Positions 1-9,524 of a stretch of 45,128 nt of DNA are shown piece by piece. The stretch lies in NCBI GenBank assembly GCA_018649885.1, contig JABIHA010000001.1, positions 1 to 45,128 on the forward strand, written 5' to 3'. The stretch's first letter is position 1. Each line of letters opens with the position of its first letter. A model generated the notes under the pieces. It did no database searches. It was not told the DNA's origin and worked only from the letters and a program-made list of their open reading frames with translations. Source of the DNA: Bacteriovoracaceae bacterium. GTDB lineage: Bacteria > Bdellovibrionota > Bacteriovoracia > Bacteriovoracales > Bacteriovoracaceae. The translations under genes and the position numbers were made by a program.

Positions 1-200
1 CTACAACTTGGCCATCATCAGGATTGTTAGAGTCGCCGTCGTCGTCGTCTCCATCACCATTGTCTACAACTTGGCCATCATCAGGATTGTTAGAGTCGTC
101 GCCGTCATCGTCACCATTATCAACAACCAGGCCACCATCATCAGTACCTCCGTTATCAATAACTTGTCCGTCGTCTGGATTGTCAGAGTCGTCAGCATCG
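1..200 (-). repeat. Coding tandem repeat (~63-nt period) encoding DSNNPDDGQVVDNG-like units
   Basis: ctacaacttggccatcatcaggattgttagagtcg occurs at 1 and 64, with a diverged copy near 160-192. Confidence 0.85.
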
Positions 201-412
201 TCAATTGCGAGACCTGCATCTGGGTCGTCTGATGCGAAATCAGATGGCCCGTCAATTGAGTCCTCTAAATCTGCAAGCTCATCACTGTCAAGTTCACTAA
301 GCTGATCAACTCCAGGTTTTTCGTAGAATCCATCTTGATTACAAGATGTGAGTACTACTACCATGAAACTTAGTGCAAAAAGATTTGTTAGTACTTTTGT
401 AAAGGTTCCCAT
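1..412 (-). CDS. Acidic repeat-containing lipoprotein, 3' end truncated by window edge (absent from ORF track)
   Basis: Manual translation from ATG at 412: MGTFTKVLTNLFALSFMVVVLTSC-NQDGFYEKPGVDQLSELDSDE...DSNNPDDGQVVDNGDGDDDDGDSNNPDDGQVV. Lipobox LTSC; GGGAGG RBS at 419-424; frame open to position 1. Confidence 0.85.
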   Translation of the reverse strand, partial: MGTFTKVLTNLFALSFMVVVLTSCNQDGFYEKPGVDQLSELDSDELADLEDSIDGPSDFASDDPDAGLAIDDADDSDNPDDGQVIDNGGTDDGGLVVDNGDDDGDDSNNPDDGQVVDNGDGDDDDGDSNNPDDGQVV

Positions 413-844
413 GTATCGCCTCCCTAATGGCGACTACAAAGACCGAAAAAAATGGGTTCAGGTTAAGAAGGCCCCCGCCTTCAAAAAGTGCTCTTTTACT
501 CTTACCTTGAAATGAGTTAGTCACCGCTACCTGAAGAGCTCCCACTTTACCCCCTGTGGTCTCTTGTTGTCCGGTTACCTTTGGTCTTGCTTTCAACTTA
601 CGTACACGAGATCTAAAACGTACAACTACAAAACCAAATCTTTCCTGCTTAAAAAATCTTACCCATCAAATAATTTTTCTATCTTAGTGATCACACTGAT
701 TACGATCAAGAAATTGTTTGAAAAAAATAGGTAAATGAATACAAATTCATGGTGTTAATTGGGTAGCTGATATTCGCTAACTATATGTACTTTAGGAAAC
801 CGCCTATTTGGATTGGCATTTAGACCTTAAATTACCAATAAATT

Positions 845-1633
845 TTATTGGACTGAACAGTTTAAGTAGTGGTCCCACATATTCGGTGATTTAGGTTTAG
901 GGTCATTATAGAGAAATGTGATTTCACCATCATAGACCACTCTGTCATAGCTTTTTACGGTGAACCCAGTTTCTGCTAGGAGGGTCTCAATCTCAAATCT
1001 GCTAAAGTATTTTTGTATCATATCACTGGTATCATACTCACCAAGGCCAAAGTGAATCCTTTCAAACTCAATGTTTTTATTGGCGAGTGTAATGGCTTTG
1101 GCCCTCTTTCCACACAGCTTTAATTCTCTTTCATAAATCCATCTATAGGCCTGGGATATGGCCTCCATTGAGGGGACTACAAGAATAAATCTTCCTCCTT
1201 TTCTTAAGGAATTTTTAATTTGGAGCAGGGATTTTTTGATATTTTTATATTCGGGCATTAATAAAGAATTTATGGAGATGGCCAAATCAAAGCTATTTTC
1301 AAGGCCTTTTAGGTTCTCAAGCTTCTTTTTATAGATTTTGACTTTGCTTTTTTCGGCGCTTTTAAGCCTGCTTCTCTTTTCTTTCATGAGTTCCACCATT
1401 TTTGCCCCTGCATCGATGGCATAGATCTTTTTAAACTTGGGAAGCAGATAGGGCATCAGATTGCCAGTGCCGGCCCCTAGGTCTGCCACTGTCTTAGTCG
1501 CTTTCGCTTTGATTTTATTTATATCGCCCCACAGTGGATTATGGGTGGCGTGGAGTAGGGGGGAGATGATCTCACTGTCGTAATTTGTGGCAATGTTGTC
1601 CCAGGGGTTTGAAATTTTGGTAGCTTGACTCAT
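845..1633 (-). CDS. Class I SAM-dependent methyltransferase
   Basis: Motif I VADLGAGTG, acidic residue after beta2 (YAID), FDLAIS and LRKGGRF motifs. Confidence 0.85.
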   Translation of the reverse strand: MSQATKISNPWDNIATNYDSEIISPLLHATHNPLWGDINKIKAKATKTVADLGAGTGNLMPYLLPKFKKIYAIDAGAKMVELMKEKRSRLKSAEKSKVKIYKKKLENLKGLENSFDLAISINSLLMPEYKNIKKSLLQIKNSLRKGGRFILVVPSMEAISQAYRWIYERELKLCGKRAKAITLANKNIEFERIHFGLGEYDTSDMIQKYFSRFEIETLLAETGFTVKSYDRVVYDGEITFLYNDPKPKSPNMWDHYLNCSVQ

Positions 1634-1751
1634 CTAGACCTGCTTTTTTCAATGTTTACACCACTTAATTTTATCACAACTCTATGGACATTTTCCCTCT
1701 GGAGTGGGAGACTCTGGCCCTTAAAAAATAGCTGAGTTTATTGGAGAATCT

Positions 1752-1868
1752 ATGAAGAAGTTAAAAAAATCACGTGCTGCTAAAAAGCCAAGTCGTAACA
1801 AAAAAAGCATGTTGAAATTAAAAAGAATGGCAAGAAAAAGAAAACTTTTAAAGAATCATAACCTTTAA
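1752..1868 (+). CDS. Small Lys/Arg-rich protein, 38 aa (below ORF-track cutoff)
   Basis: GGAG RBS at 1743-1746, then MKKLKKSRAAKKPSRNKKSMLKLKRMARKRKLLKNHNL*; 18 of 38 residues are K or R. Confidence 0.5.
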   Translation: MKKLKKSRAAKKPSRNKKSMLKLKRMARKRKLLKNHNL

Positions 1869-1918
1869 ACTAAGCTGTCACTCAGCTACCTAAGGTGCCA
1901 AGCAGCCCGCTTCACAGT

Positions 1919-1934
1919 TAACTATATATAGGGT
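1919..1934 (+). promoter_or_regulatory. NrdR box 1
   Basis: taactatatatagggt fits the NrdR consensus acaCwAtATaTwGtgt; upstream of nrdJ and 42 bp from box 2. Confidence 0.7.
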
Positions 1935-1960
1935 CCTGGTCAAAAAAATGACCCCTAAAA

Positions 1961-1976
1961 AAACTAGATATTGTGT
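1961..1976 (+). promoter_or_regulatory. NrdR box 2
   Basis: aaactagatattgtgt fits the NrdR consensus and abuts the -35 element. Confidence 0.8.
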
Positions 1977-2004
1977 TGACTCTGAAGAAAAAAGGGCTTT
2001 TAAT
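1976..2004 (+). promoter_or_regulatory. Putative sigma70 promoter of nrdJ
   Basis: TTGACT-17 bp-TTTAAT. Confidence 0.55.
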
Positions 2005-2157
2005 AAAAATGTAAACAAAATTTGTCACGGAAAAAAGCTGGCCACGGCTTCTTTTCACATCAAAGTTTAACACTAATTTATTAGGTGTATTGCTAAGGCT
2101 TTCAAGGTCTTATGCGGATTCGTACACCCAGCTTTTCAGGGATTAAGGAGAATTACT

Positions 2158-5100
2158 GTGAAGATTAAGAGACGATTTACCAAGAAAGGAAAGTCCGTTT
2201 TTGGCGAGCTAGAATTTGTAAAAAGAACGAGCATGGTGAGAAGTACTGACGGGCGCTCTAGTAACGCCATGGAAGTCACCGTACCACGCAGTTGGTCACA
2301 AGTTGCCACTGACATTATTGCTCAAAAGTATTTTAGAAAAACGGGAGTTCCTCAAACTGATGATAAGGGCAGGAATATTCTCGATGAAAATAATAAGGCT
2401 GTACTTGGGCCAGAAACTGACGCAAGGCAAGTTGTTCATCGCTTGGCAGGTTGCTGGGCTCATTGGGGACAAAAATTCGGCTATTTCAATAGTGAAGAGG
2501 ATCATAAAGCCTATTACGACGAAATGCGCTATATGTTGGCCGATCAAATGGCAGCACCAAACTCCCCTCAGTGGTTTAATACTGGAATGTCTTTTGCTTA
2601 TGGGATCCAAGGTTCGGCCCAGGGGCACTCATATGTTGACCCTCTAACAGGGAAGTTAAAAAAATCCACATCCGCTTATGAAAGACCTCAGCCCCACGCC
2701 TGTTTTATCCAAAATGTTAGTGACGACCTAGTCAATAACGGTGGAATTATGGACCTGTGGACTCGTGAGGCCAGGTTATTTAAATATGGATCTGGAACTG
2801 GCACTAATTTCTCTCAAATTAGAGGTGTTGGAGAATCATTATCAGGAGGCGGACTTTCTTCAGGTCTTATGAGCTTTCTCAAGATTGGTGACAGGGCAGC
2901 AGGGGCCATCAAATCAGGCGGCACTACAAGACGTGCTGCTAAAATGATTTGTCTCGACCTTGATCATCCTGATATTGAAGATTTCGTTTCTTGGAAAGTT
3001 AAAGAAGAGAGAAAGGTAGCAGCTCTTGTAACTGGTTCAAAAATCTGTAAAGAGCGTCTTGACGCTATTATGGATGCTATTAATGCTAGCAGTGATGAAG
3101 GTCGATTTGAGGCCAAGAAAAACCCTTTACTTAAGAAGGCCATATCTATGGCCTATAAAGATAAAGTTCCTACAAACTATATTGGTAGAGTTGTAGATCT
3201 TGCAAAGCAGGGAATCGATCATATTGAGTTTGAAGTTTACGATACTGACTGGAATTCAGAGGCCTACGCTACTGTTTCTGGCCAAAACTCCAATAATTCA
3301 GTTCGAGTTCCCAATCGTTTCTTTGATGCCCTCGATAAAGACGGGGATTGGCCACTAAAAGCTAGAACCAATGGGACAACACTAAAAACCATTAAGGCCA
3401 AAAAACTTTGGGGTGATATCACTGACTCGGCTTGGCAATGTGCTGATCCGGGAGTTCAGTTTGATGACACTATTAATGAGTGGCATACCTGTCCAGAAGA
3501 CGGAAGAATCAATGCTTCAAATCCGTGCTCAGAATATATGTTCCTCGATAATACTGCTTGTAATCTCGCCTCACTAAATCTTGTTAAATTTTACGACAAA
3601 GAAAAGTGTGAGTTTAAGCTCGAAGAGTTCGAGCATGCTTGTCGCTTGTGGACAATGACTCTTGAAATTTCAGTTTTAATGGCCCAATTTCCATCTGAGG
3701 AAATTGCGGAGTTAAGCTACAAGTTTAGAACCTTGGGTATTGGTTATGCCAATATTGGTGCTCTTCTAATGATTATGGGGATCCCTTATGATTCAGATGA
3801 AGGTCGAAATATTTGTGCTGCCATTACATCAATTATGGGTGGCGTTGCCTACGAAACTTCAGCTGAAATGGCCGGTGAGTTAGGCGCATTTGATGGATAC
3901 GAAAAAAATAAGGAGCACATGCTTAAAGTGATACGAAATCACAGAAGAGCAGCTCATGGTGCTGATGATTCTGAATACGAGGGCCTGACTGTAAGACCAG
4001 TTCCTTTGAATCAAAAGCTTGTTTCTAAAGAAATGGCCAAAAGAGCACTGGACAGTTGGGACCGTGCCTATGAGCTTGGAGAGAAAAATGGTTTTAGAAA
4101 TGCTCAAGTAAGTGTTATTGCACCTACAGGCACCATCGGTCTTGTGATGGATTGTGATACTACTGGAATTGAGCCCGATTTTTCTCTTGTAAAGTTTAAA
4201 AAGCTTGCCGGTGGTGGATACTTTAAAATCATTAATCAAAGTGTACCTCTAGCTCTTAAGAATTTAGGCTATAAGAAAAAGCAAATTGATGAAATTATTC
4301 AATACGCAGTTGGAACTGGGACCCTCACTGGCACTCCAGCAATCAATAGAAAATCTCTTACTGAAAAAGGTCTGAGTGATTCCATGATCGAGAAGATTGA
4401 AAATTCTCTTGATCAGGCCTTTGATCTATCATTTGCTTTTGGGCGCTACACAGTTGGAGAAGATTTTTTAAGAGACAAATTAGGTCTAAGTGAAGAGCAA
4501 ATCAACTCTCCTGAGTTGAGCGTTCTCGGTGAATTGGGATTCACAAAAGAGGAAATTGTCAAAGCAGGAGACACCGTTTGTGGGACTATGACTCTTGAAG
4601 GGGCTCCTCATCTAAAAGACTGTGATCTCGACGTATTTGATTGTGCTTCAAAATGTGGAAAATATGGGACCAGAGTTATTTCTCCCGGTGCCCACATTAA
4701 GATGATGGCAGCTGCCCAACCATATTTGTCGGGTGCTATCTCAAAAACAATAAATATGTCTGCATCAGCGACTATTTCAGATATTGATGAGGCTTACCGT
4801 CTTTCATGGAGCCTTGGCACGAAGGCCAATGCAATCTATAGAGATGGCTCAAAACTTTCACAACCTCTCAATGCTGCTGCTTTTGATGATTTGTGTTTAT
4901 TTGATTTTGAGGAAATGTCTCAAAATGAAAAAATCATCACTGTCTCTGAGAAGATCGTTGAAAAAGTTGTTGAAAAAATTATTTATAAAGAAGTATCCAG
5001 AAGAGAGTCCCTGCCTAATCTTAGGAAAGGTTATACTCAAAAGGCTTCGGTCGGAGGGCATAAGCTTTATCTTAGAACAGGCGAATATGTTGATGGTAGA

Positions 5101-5661
5101 GTTGGTGAAATCTTTATTGATATGCATAAAGAAGGGGCCGCTTATCGTTCCTTAATGAACTGCTTCTCCATTGCTATTTCCATAGGCCTTCAGTATGGAG
5201 TACCACTAGAGGAATTCGTAGAGGCCTTTACATTTACTCGTTTTGAGCCCAATGGCATAGTCCTCGGACATGACAATATAAAAATGGCGACTTCAGTCAT
5301 TGACTATATCTTCAGAGATTTGGCCTGCAACTACCTAGGTCGCTATGACCTGGTCCATGTTAAGCCGGAAGATCTCAAGCCAGATGCAGTTCAAGGTGAG
5401 ACTGAGGAAGAGACTCCTCTTTTAAGTTTTAATGAGAGTAAAGAAGTCCAACATCCTGATGGACAAGTTAGCGTGGAAACACAAAAGGTTTTCTCCATGG
5501 AGAGAAATTCGGCCATGGTAATTGAGCAAAAAAAGCGTGAGGTAGCTCAACTCAAAGGATATGTGGGAGACCCATGCCCTGAGTGTGGATCTTTGACTCT
5601 TGTACGAAATGGTTCTTGTTTAAAATGTGACAGCTGTGGGGCCACTACAGGTTGTTCATAA
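2158..5661 (+). CDS. nrdJ: Adenosylcobalamin-dependent (class II) ribonucleotide reductase with C-terminal TSCPD-type and Zn-ribbon region
   Basis: [30 protein letters not shown] and APTGTI motifs; C-terminal CPECG...[14 protein letters not shown] start with AAGGAG RBS. Confidence 0.97.
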   Translation: MKIKRRFTKKGKSVFGELEFVKRTSMVRSTDGRSSNAMEVTVPRSWSQVATDIIAQKYFRKTGVPQTDDKGRNILDENNKAVLGPETDARQVVHRLAGCWAHWGQKFGYFNSEEDHKAYYDEMRYMLADQMAAPNSPQWFNTGMSFAYGIQGSAQGHSYVDPLTGKLKKSTSAYERPQPHACFIQNVSDDLVNNGGIMDLWTREARLFKYGSGTGTNFSQIRGVGESLSGGGLSSGLMSFLKIGDRAAGAIKSGGTTRRAAKMICLDLDHPDIEDFVSWKVKEERKVAALVTGSKICKERLDAIMDAINASSDEGRFEAKKNPLLKKAISMAYKDKVPTNYIGRVVDLAKQGIDHIEFEVYDTDWNSEAYATVSGQNSNNSVRVPNRFFDALDKDGDWPLKARTNGTTLKTIKAKKLWGDITDSAWQCADPGVQFDDTINEWHTCPEDGRINASNPCSEYMFLDNTACNLASLNLVKFYDKEKCEFKLEEFEHACRLWTMTLEISVLMAQFPSEEIAELSYKFRTLGIGYANIGALLMIMGIPYDSDEGRNICAAITSIMGGVAYETSAEMAGELGAFDGYEKNKEHMLKVIRNHRRAAHGADDSEYEGLTVRPVPLNQKLVSKEMAKRALDSWDRAYELGEKNGFRNAQVSVIAPTGTIGLVMDCDTTGIEPDFSLVKFKKLAGGGYFKIINQSVPLALKNLGYKKKQIDEIIQYAVGTGTLTGTPAINRKSLTEKGLSDSMIEKIENSLDQAFDLSFAFGRYTVGEDFLRDKLGLSEEQINSPELSVLGELGFTKEEIVKAGDTVCGTMTLEGAPHLKDCDLDVFDCASKCGKYGTRVISPGAHIKMMAAAQPYLSGAISKTINMSASATISDIDEAYRLSWSLGTKANAIYRDGSKLSQPLNAAAFDDLCLFDFEEMSQNEKIITVSEKIVEKVVEKIIYKEVSRRESLPNLRKGYTQKASVGGHKLYLRTGEYVDGRVGEIFIDMHKEGAAYRSLMNCFSIAISIGLQYGVPLEEFVEAFTFTRFEPNGIVLGHDNIKMATSVIDYIFRDLACNYLGRYDLVHVKPEDLKPDAVQGETEEETPLLSFNESKEVQHPDGQVSVETQKVFSMERNSAMVIEQKKREVAQLKGYVGDPCPECGSLTLVRNGSCLKCDSCGATTGCS

Positions 5662-5707
5662 TAATACTGATACCAGTACTTCTTCGAAAACATTGATTTG
5701 ATTTTAT

Positions 5708-5735
5708 GGCAGAGTCTTTTGACTCTGCCTTTTTT
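5708..5735 (+). terminator. Intrinsic terminator of nrdJ
   Basis: GGCAGAGTC-tttt-GACTCTGCC followed by T6. Confidence 0.9.
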
Positions 5736-6350
5736 ATTTGGATCTATCTTTAAAAAATGGACGAATTGTCTCTAGATTTGATCTAAGCTCAATATTCATC
5801 ATTTGCGCCAGAGTATTTAAAATAACAATGGCATTTTTATCAGCGTCTCCTTTGGCAAGAGATCTTATTCTTTCCAAAATACCTTCATTTACTTTTTCAA
5901 CTTCTTCATAGAGCTCGAGCGAATCATTGTTTCTTCAAGAGTCGAAAAGGGGAGATGGAATCTGGCCATGGGTCTTAAAAAATCTAATGGAGGGCAACCA
6001 CTGGTGGCCATAATTACGCCAAAAATTGAAAAAAGTCCGTCCTGGAGAGATGTGTTTTTATAATAAGTCCTCTCTGGAGTTTCAACGTAGACTTCAGCCT
6101 TTTCAAAGCTAGGAGCATTTTTAAAATATTCCACAGTGTTGAAGAGATTTTTGGCCACAGGACAAAATTCATTTTCTTCGACTTTTAAAGGGCAGTTTTG
6201 GCATTTATAATTTTCAAGCTTAGTCCATTCAGGCCCTGTTGGATCGTTATCAATAAGAGTGATTTCATCTTCATCGATATCGATTGTGTAGGTGAATGGT
6301 TTTTCACCACTTTCTGGAAGCTTGAAAGCGTACTTAAATTTAATCATCAA
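5734..6350 (-). pseudogene. DUF6901-like protein (CxxCP...CP, ATSGCP, RPMARFHLP), frameshifted by an internal deletion
   Basis: ORF 5889..6350 stops early. The family-like C-terminus (LYEEVEKVNEGILERIRSLAKGDADKNAIVILNTLAQ...) continues in another frame to TAA at 5734-5736. Family name is from memory. Confidence 0.7.
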
Positions 6351-6453
6351 TTTCCTCGCAAATTTCTTATCGGGTATTTTATTCGAAATTCTTAAGATTT
6401 CCTAATGACTAAATAAATTCATAAGGATTTGTTGGTATTTACTAGATTAGTGC

Positions 6454-6484
6454 AAAAAAAAAGGGTCAGCTTAGCGCTGACCCT
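6454..6484 (-). terminator. Intrinsic terminator of histone-like gene
   Basis: AGGGTCAGC-5 nt-GCTGACCCT followed by a long U tract on the minus strand. Confidence 0.9.
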
Positions 6485-6505
6485 GATTCTATAAAGTAAA
6501 TAAAT

Positions 6506-6700
6506 TTACTTCTTTTTAGCTGCTTTTTTCTTAGTAGCTTTTTTCTTTGCTACTTTTTTCTTAGCTTTCTTCTTAGTAGCTTTCTTCTTTGCTACTTTTT
6601 TCTTAGCCTTCTTTCTAGTGGCCTTTTTCTTTGCTACTTTCTTCTTTGTAGCTTTTTTCTTTGTAGCTTTTTTCTTTGTTGCTTTTTTCTTAGCTGCCAT
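6506..6700 (-). CDS. Histone H1-like Lys/Ala-rich DNA-binding protein
   Basis: Repeats of KKKAT/KKKVA; AAGGAG RBS; dedicated terminator. Confidence 0.88.
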   Translation of the reverse strand: MAAKKKATKKKATKKKATKKKVAKKKATRKKAKKKVAKKKATKKKAKKKVAKKKATKKKAAKKK

Positions 6701-6755
6701 GAAATTCTCCTTGCGGGTTATTGGCTTAAAAGTTATATGCGTTAATTGTAACTCA

Positions 6756-6782
6756 CTTTCGACAGAAATAAAAAATTGTTTA
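6756..6782 (-). promoter_or_regulatory. Putative sigma28 (FliA) promoter of histone-like gene
   Basis: TAAA-N15-GTCGAAAG versus consensus TAAA-N15-GCCGATAA. Confidence 0.5.
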
Positions 6783-7923
6783 ACTTTGCCTACTTTTTTT
6801 GATTAAGAAGAAAAAAAATCGATTACATTTTTCAAAAAATCTAAATTTGAAAAAAATATCCTGTTTTTTGAAATATTTTATTCTACAGAATAATAGTAAT
6901 GATTGAATGCCCCTGTAGTAAGGGGGGATGCGCTTTTTTAAAAAGATAAGAACGATTTTAAAAAAACAAAATGGTGATTAAATTTTTTATAAAATTTGGA
7001 ATACACTAAAAAAAATCAAAAAAAAAATCAATAATTGACCATAATTGATACAAAAAAACAAAAATGTAAAAAAAATAAACGCATTAAAGGGCAAATACAC
7101 AAAGATTTGGAAGTTATTCCACAAAACTTTTACAAATTTTGCAGATGAGTTCATTTTAGCGATCAAATTTAGAGATGATTGTGAAGTAAATAGATAAAAA
7201 AACCAGAAAAAATATACCAAAAGAAGGAGTTTAAAAAACTTATGAAAAACCATATGAATCATAGGTATTTCATGTAGTTACACATGATATTTTTTGATAA
7301 AAAAAGAGTTTAAAATCTGAAATTGATTATGTTTTTTTCAAAAACTCCCCAATAAAGCAAATATTTTAGAAAAAATGATTTTTTTTTTACCTCGTGGCCG
7401 TTTATGAATTCATTATTTTCTTTTTCTTCAAAATTAATAGGGAAGACCTGGTACTTTTGTAGGTTTTCATAAGTAGCTATAGGACATTTCTTTGGTGGAA
7501 TTAAAATTTAATTCAATTTATGGCCTCTACAGATTAATCGAACAAAATTGGGGACAGATTTTGACCTAGCTATTTGTCAGTATCATAAATGGTAACCTAA
7601 CCTTTAAAATTATTAAGGGGTCCCCCTAGGTCAATAATAGGTACAAAATCCATTAGAGTAGGAAATAAGCGTCTCTAAGAAAGTGTTGAACCTATTTATA
7701 GTGAAAGTCAAAAGCAATTAGAAGACTAAAGTGACTGTAAAAAAAGAAATACCAGCTTTATTGTGCTGCTTTAATGAAGTTATTAATCACGTGGCCAAGA
7801 CTTTTAAGTAATCTTTTGTCCAATTTGATGGCATCAACACATTCAAAACTTTGATTACTGGAGTATACCTTGCAAAAATTGGCGAAAATTTTCTAAAAAT
7901 GGCGAATTATCCTAAGTTTCAAG

Positions 7924-8748
7924 CTAGTTTTTATTTGGAATAAGGCCAAAAGGTAAAAAAAGAAGAAATTGAGTTAAAGCAAGCGCAGGGGCCGGAGGCC
8001 ATCCAAAGCTATTGGCAAAGAAAAGTCCTAATATTCCACTTAACACTGCAAAAATAACCGAGTATTTAAAGACAGAGGACATATTTTTAGAGAATTTATA
8101 GGCAAAGGTTCCTGGCAAAATTAATAGTGAGCTTACAAGAATTGTTCCGGAAATTTTGACGGCGCCCACAATTAGGCATGTCAGCAAAAAGAAGAGGCCG
8201 TAGTGGTAAAGTTTCGTTCGAACACCAGATAACTTGGCCCCTTGTGGGTCAAAAGAAAAGTAAATCCAACGATCAAGTGAGCGCACAACAAGTATTAGAC
8301 ACATTAAAAATAAGAAAAAGAGCACCAATAAATCAAAATTATCTAAAAGAAGAATATTTCCAAACAAAAGTGAGAACAGATCACTGGTTCCGCCAATGTA
8401 TTTGTAGTGGATGATTAGACCTAGGGCCATAGTAGTAGATAAAAAGATTCCAATCAGTGAGTCTGAGGGAAGTGGTCCTTTGTGAGAAGCGCGCGCCAAA
8501 AAATAGACAAATATGCAAGTAAAGCCCAGAGTTCCTAAAAATAAACTGATAGTATGTGAAAACGGTAGGCACAAAAGGGTCAGGGCAACCCCCAGTATAG
8601 TAGAGTGGGAGATGGCAGGGGCCATAAAGGCATACTTCTTAGCAACGACAATGGGACTCAAAATACCGCAGACAATAGAGAGCATGACCACTCCTATCAT
8701 GGCCCTAATCAGAAAATCATATTCAAAGAAGTCTAATACTAAACTCAA
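7924..8748 (-). CDS. znuB: Zn/Mn ABC transporter permease
   Basis: Hydrophobic; ISHSTILG, DSLIGI, LLFGNIL and FDPQGAKLSG motifs; TTG start overlaps the upstream TGA. Confidence 0.9.
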   Translation of the reverse strand: MSLVLDFFEYDFLIRAMIGVVMLSIVCGILSPIVVAKKYAFMAPAISHSTILGVALTLLCLPFSHTISLFLGTLGFTCIFVYFLARASHKGPLPSDSLIGIFLSTTMALGLIIHYKYIGGTSDLFSLLFGNILLLDNFDLLVLFFLFLMCLILVVRSLDRWIYFSFDPQGAKLSGVRTKLYHYGLFFLLTCLIVGAVKISGTILVSSLLILPGTFAYKFSKNMSSVFKYSVIFAVLSGILGLFFANSFGWPPAPALALTQFLLFLPFGLIPNKN

Positions 8749-9524
8749 CTGTCTTCCTCGTGTTGGTGATTTCCATCACAAAAGTGATGCTCTAAAAGAG
8801 CGCCATCGTTTTCGTGAATTAAAAGGTGCTCAAATTCGCAGTGATAGGCCTTAGTGAGTACTTCTTTAGATAGGTTTTTCTTGTAATCGTGCCAGTGAAA
8901 ACTTTTATTTAGGCAAATGAGCTTGTCGGCCATTTTTATCACTTGCCCAAGATTGTGATCAACAATAATTAAAATGCCTTCAGACTCTTTTTGGAGATCT
9001 CTAACAATTCCTAGAAGCTGGTCTTGTCCGGTTGAATCAAGACCAGTGGCGGGTTCATCCAAGATTAAAATTTTAGGGTTTCGCACTAATGCTCTTGCTA
9101 GCAGCACTCTTTGCTTCTCTCCTCCGGAAAGAGTTCGGAGTGTTCGGTCTTTTATGTGATCAAGACCCAGTCGCTTCATAATGGGAGTAAAGTCACTGGC
9201 ACCATTAAGTTTTCGCTCAAGTTCCAAAAATTCTAAAATACTAATAGGCATGGTTTGGTTGATGACACCTACTTGTGGGACAAATCCCACGAGATTTCTG
9301 AGTTCATGGTTTTTTTCTACAAGCTTCCCATTTAAGAAAATTTCACCCGAGTTGGGCCTCAGTAAACCTGCGATGATTTTTAAAAGAGTGCTTTTTCCTC
9401 CACCATTGGGTCCAACCACGCCTAGTGTTTGGCCACTTTGGATAGAAAAGCTAATATTTTGGATCGTTGGATTCTTTGGATCATATCCAAAACAAATATT
9501 TTTTAATTCAATAGAGTCTTTTAT
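8745..9524 (-). CDS. znuC: Zn/Mn ABC transporter ATPase (probable ATA start at 9524; ORF track starts at 9419)
   Basis: Walker A GPNGGGKST, LSGGEKQR, ILILDEP, His/Cys-rich tail; in-frame N-terminal KDSIELKNICFGY lies upstream of 9419. Confidence 0.9.
   Translation of the reverse strand: MKDSIELKNICFGYDPKNPTIQNISFSIQSGQTLGVVGPNGGGKSTLLKIIAGLLRPNSGEIFLNGKLVEKNHELRNLVGFVPQVGVINQTMPISILEFLELERKLNGASDFTPIMKRLGLDHIKDRTLRTLSGGEKQRVLLARALVRNPKILILDEPATGLDSTGQDQLLGIVRDLQKESEGILIIVDHNLGQVIKMADKLICLNKSFHWHDYKKNLSKEVLTKAYHCEFEHLLIHENDGALLEHHFCDGNHQHEEDS

Noticed and set aside
8..596. ORFs 8..232, 24..305, 64..255 and 339..596
   Set aside because: Shadow or alternative frames of the repeat lipoprotein gene and its leader.
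500..600. c-di-GMP-I riboswitch-like words (GGTAGCGG, GCAAGACC) in the minus-strand leader of the acidic lipoprotein
   Set aside because: I could not build P2/P3 with a GNRA loop and receptor. An Rfam scan would be needed; not supportable by eye.
2158..5661. Intein in the long nrdJ
   Set aside because: No intein splice-junction or LAGLIDADG motifs seen; the length is explained by inserts and the C-terminal domain.
7114..7123. DnaA-box-like TTATTCCACA suggesting oriC
   Set aside because: Single imperfect match, no box cluster, no dnaA/dnaN nearby.
6987..7262. 91-aa Phe-rich ORF
   Set aside because: Product of poly-A/T tracts; no RBS or plausible composition.
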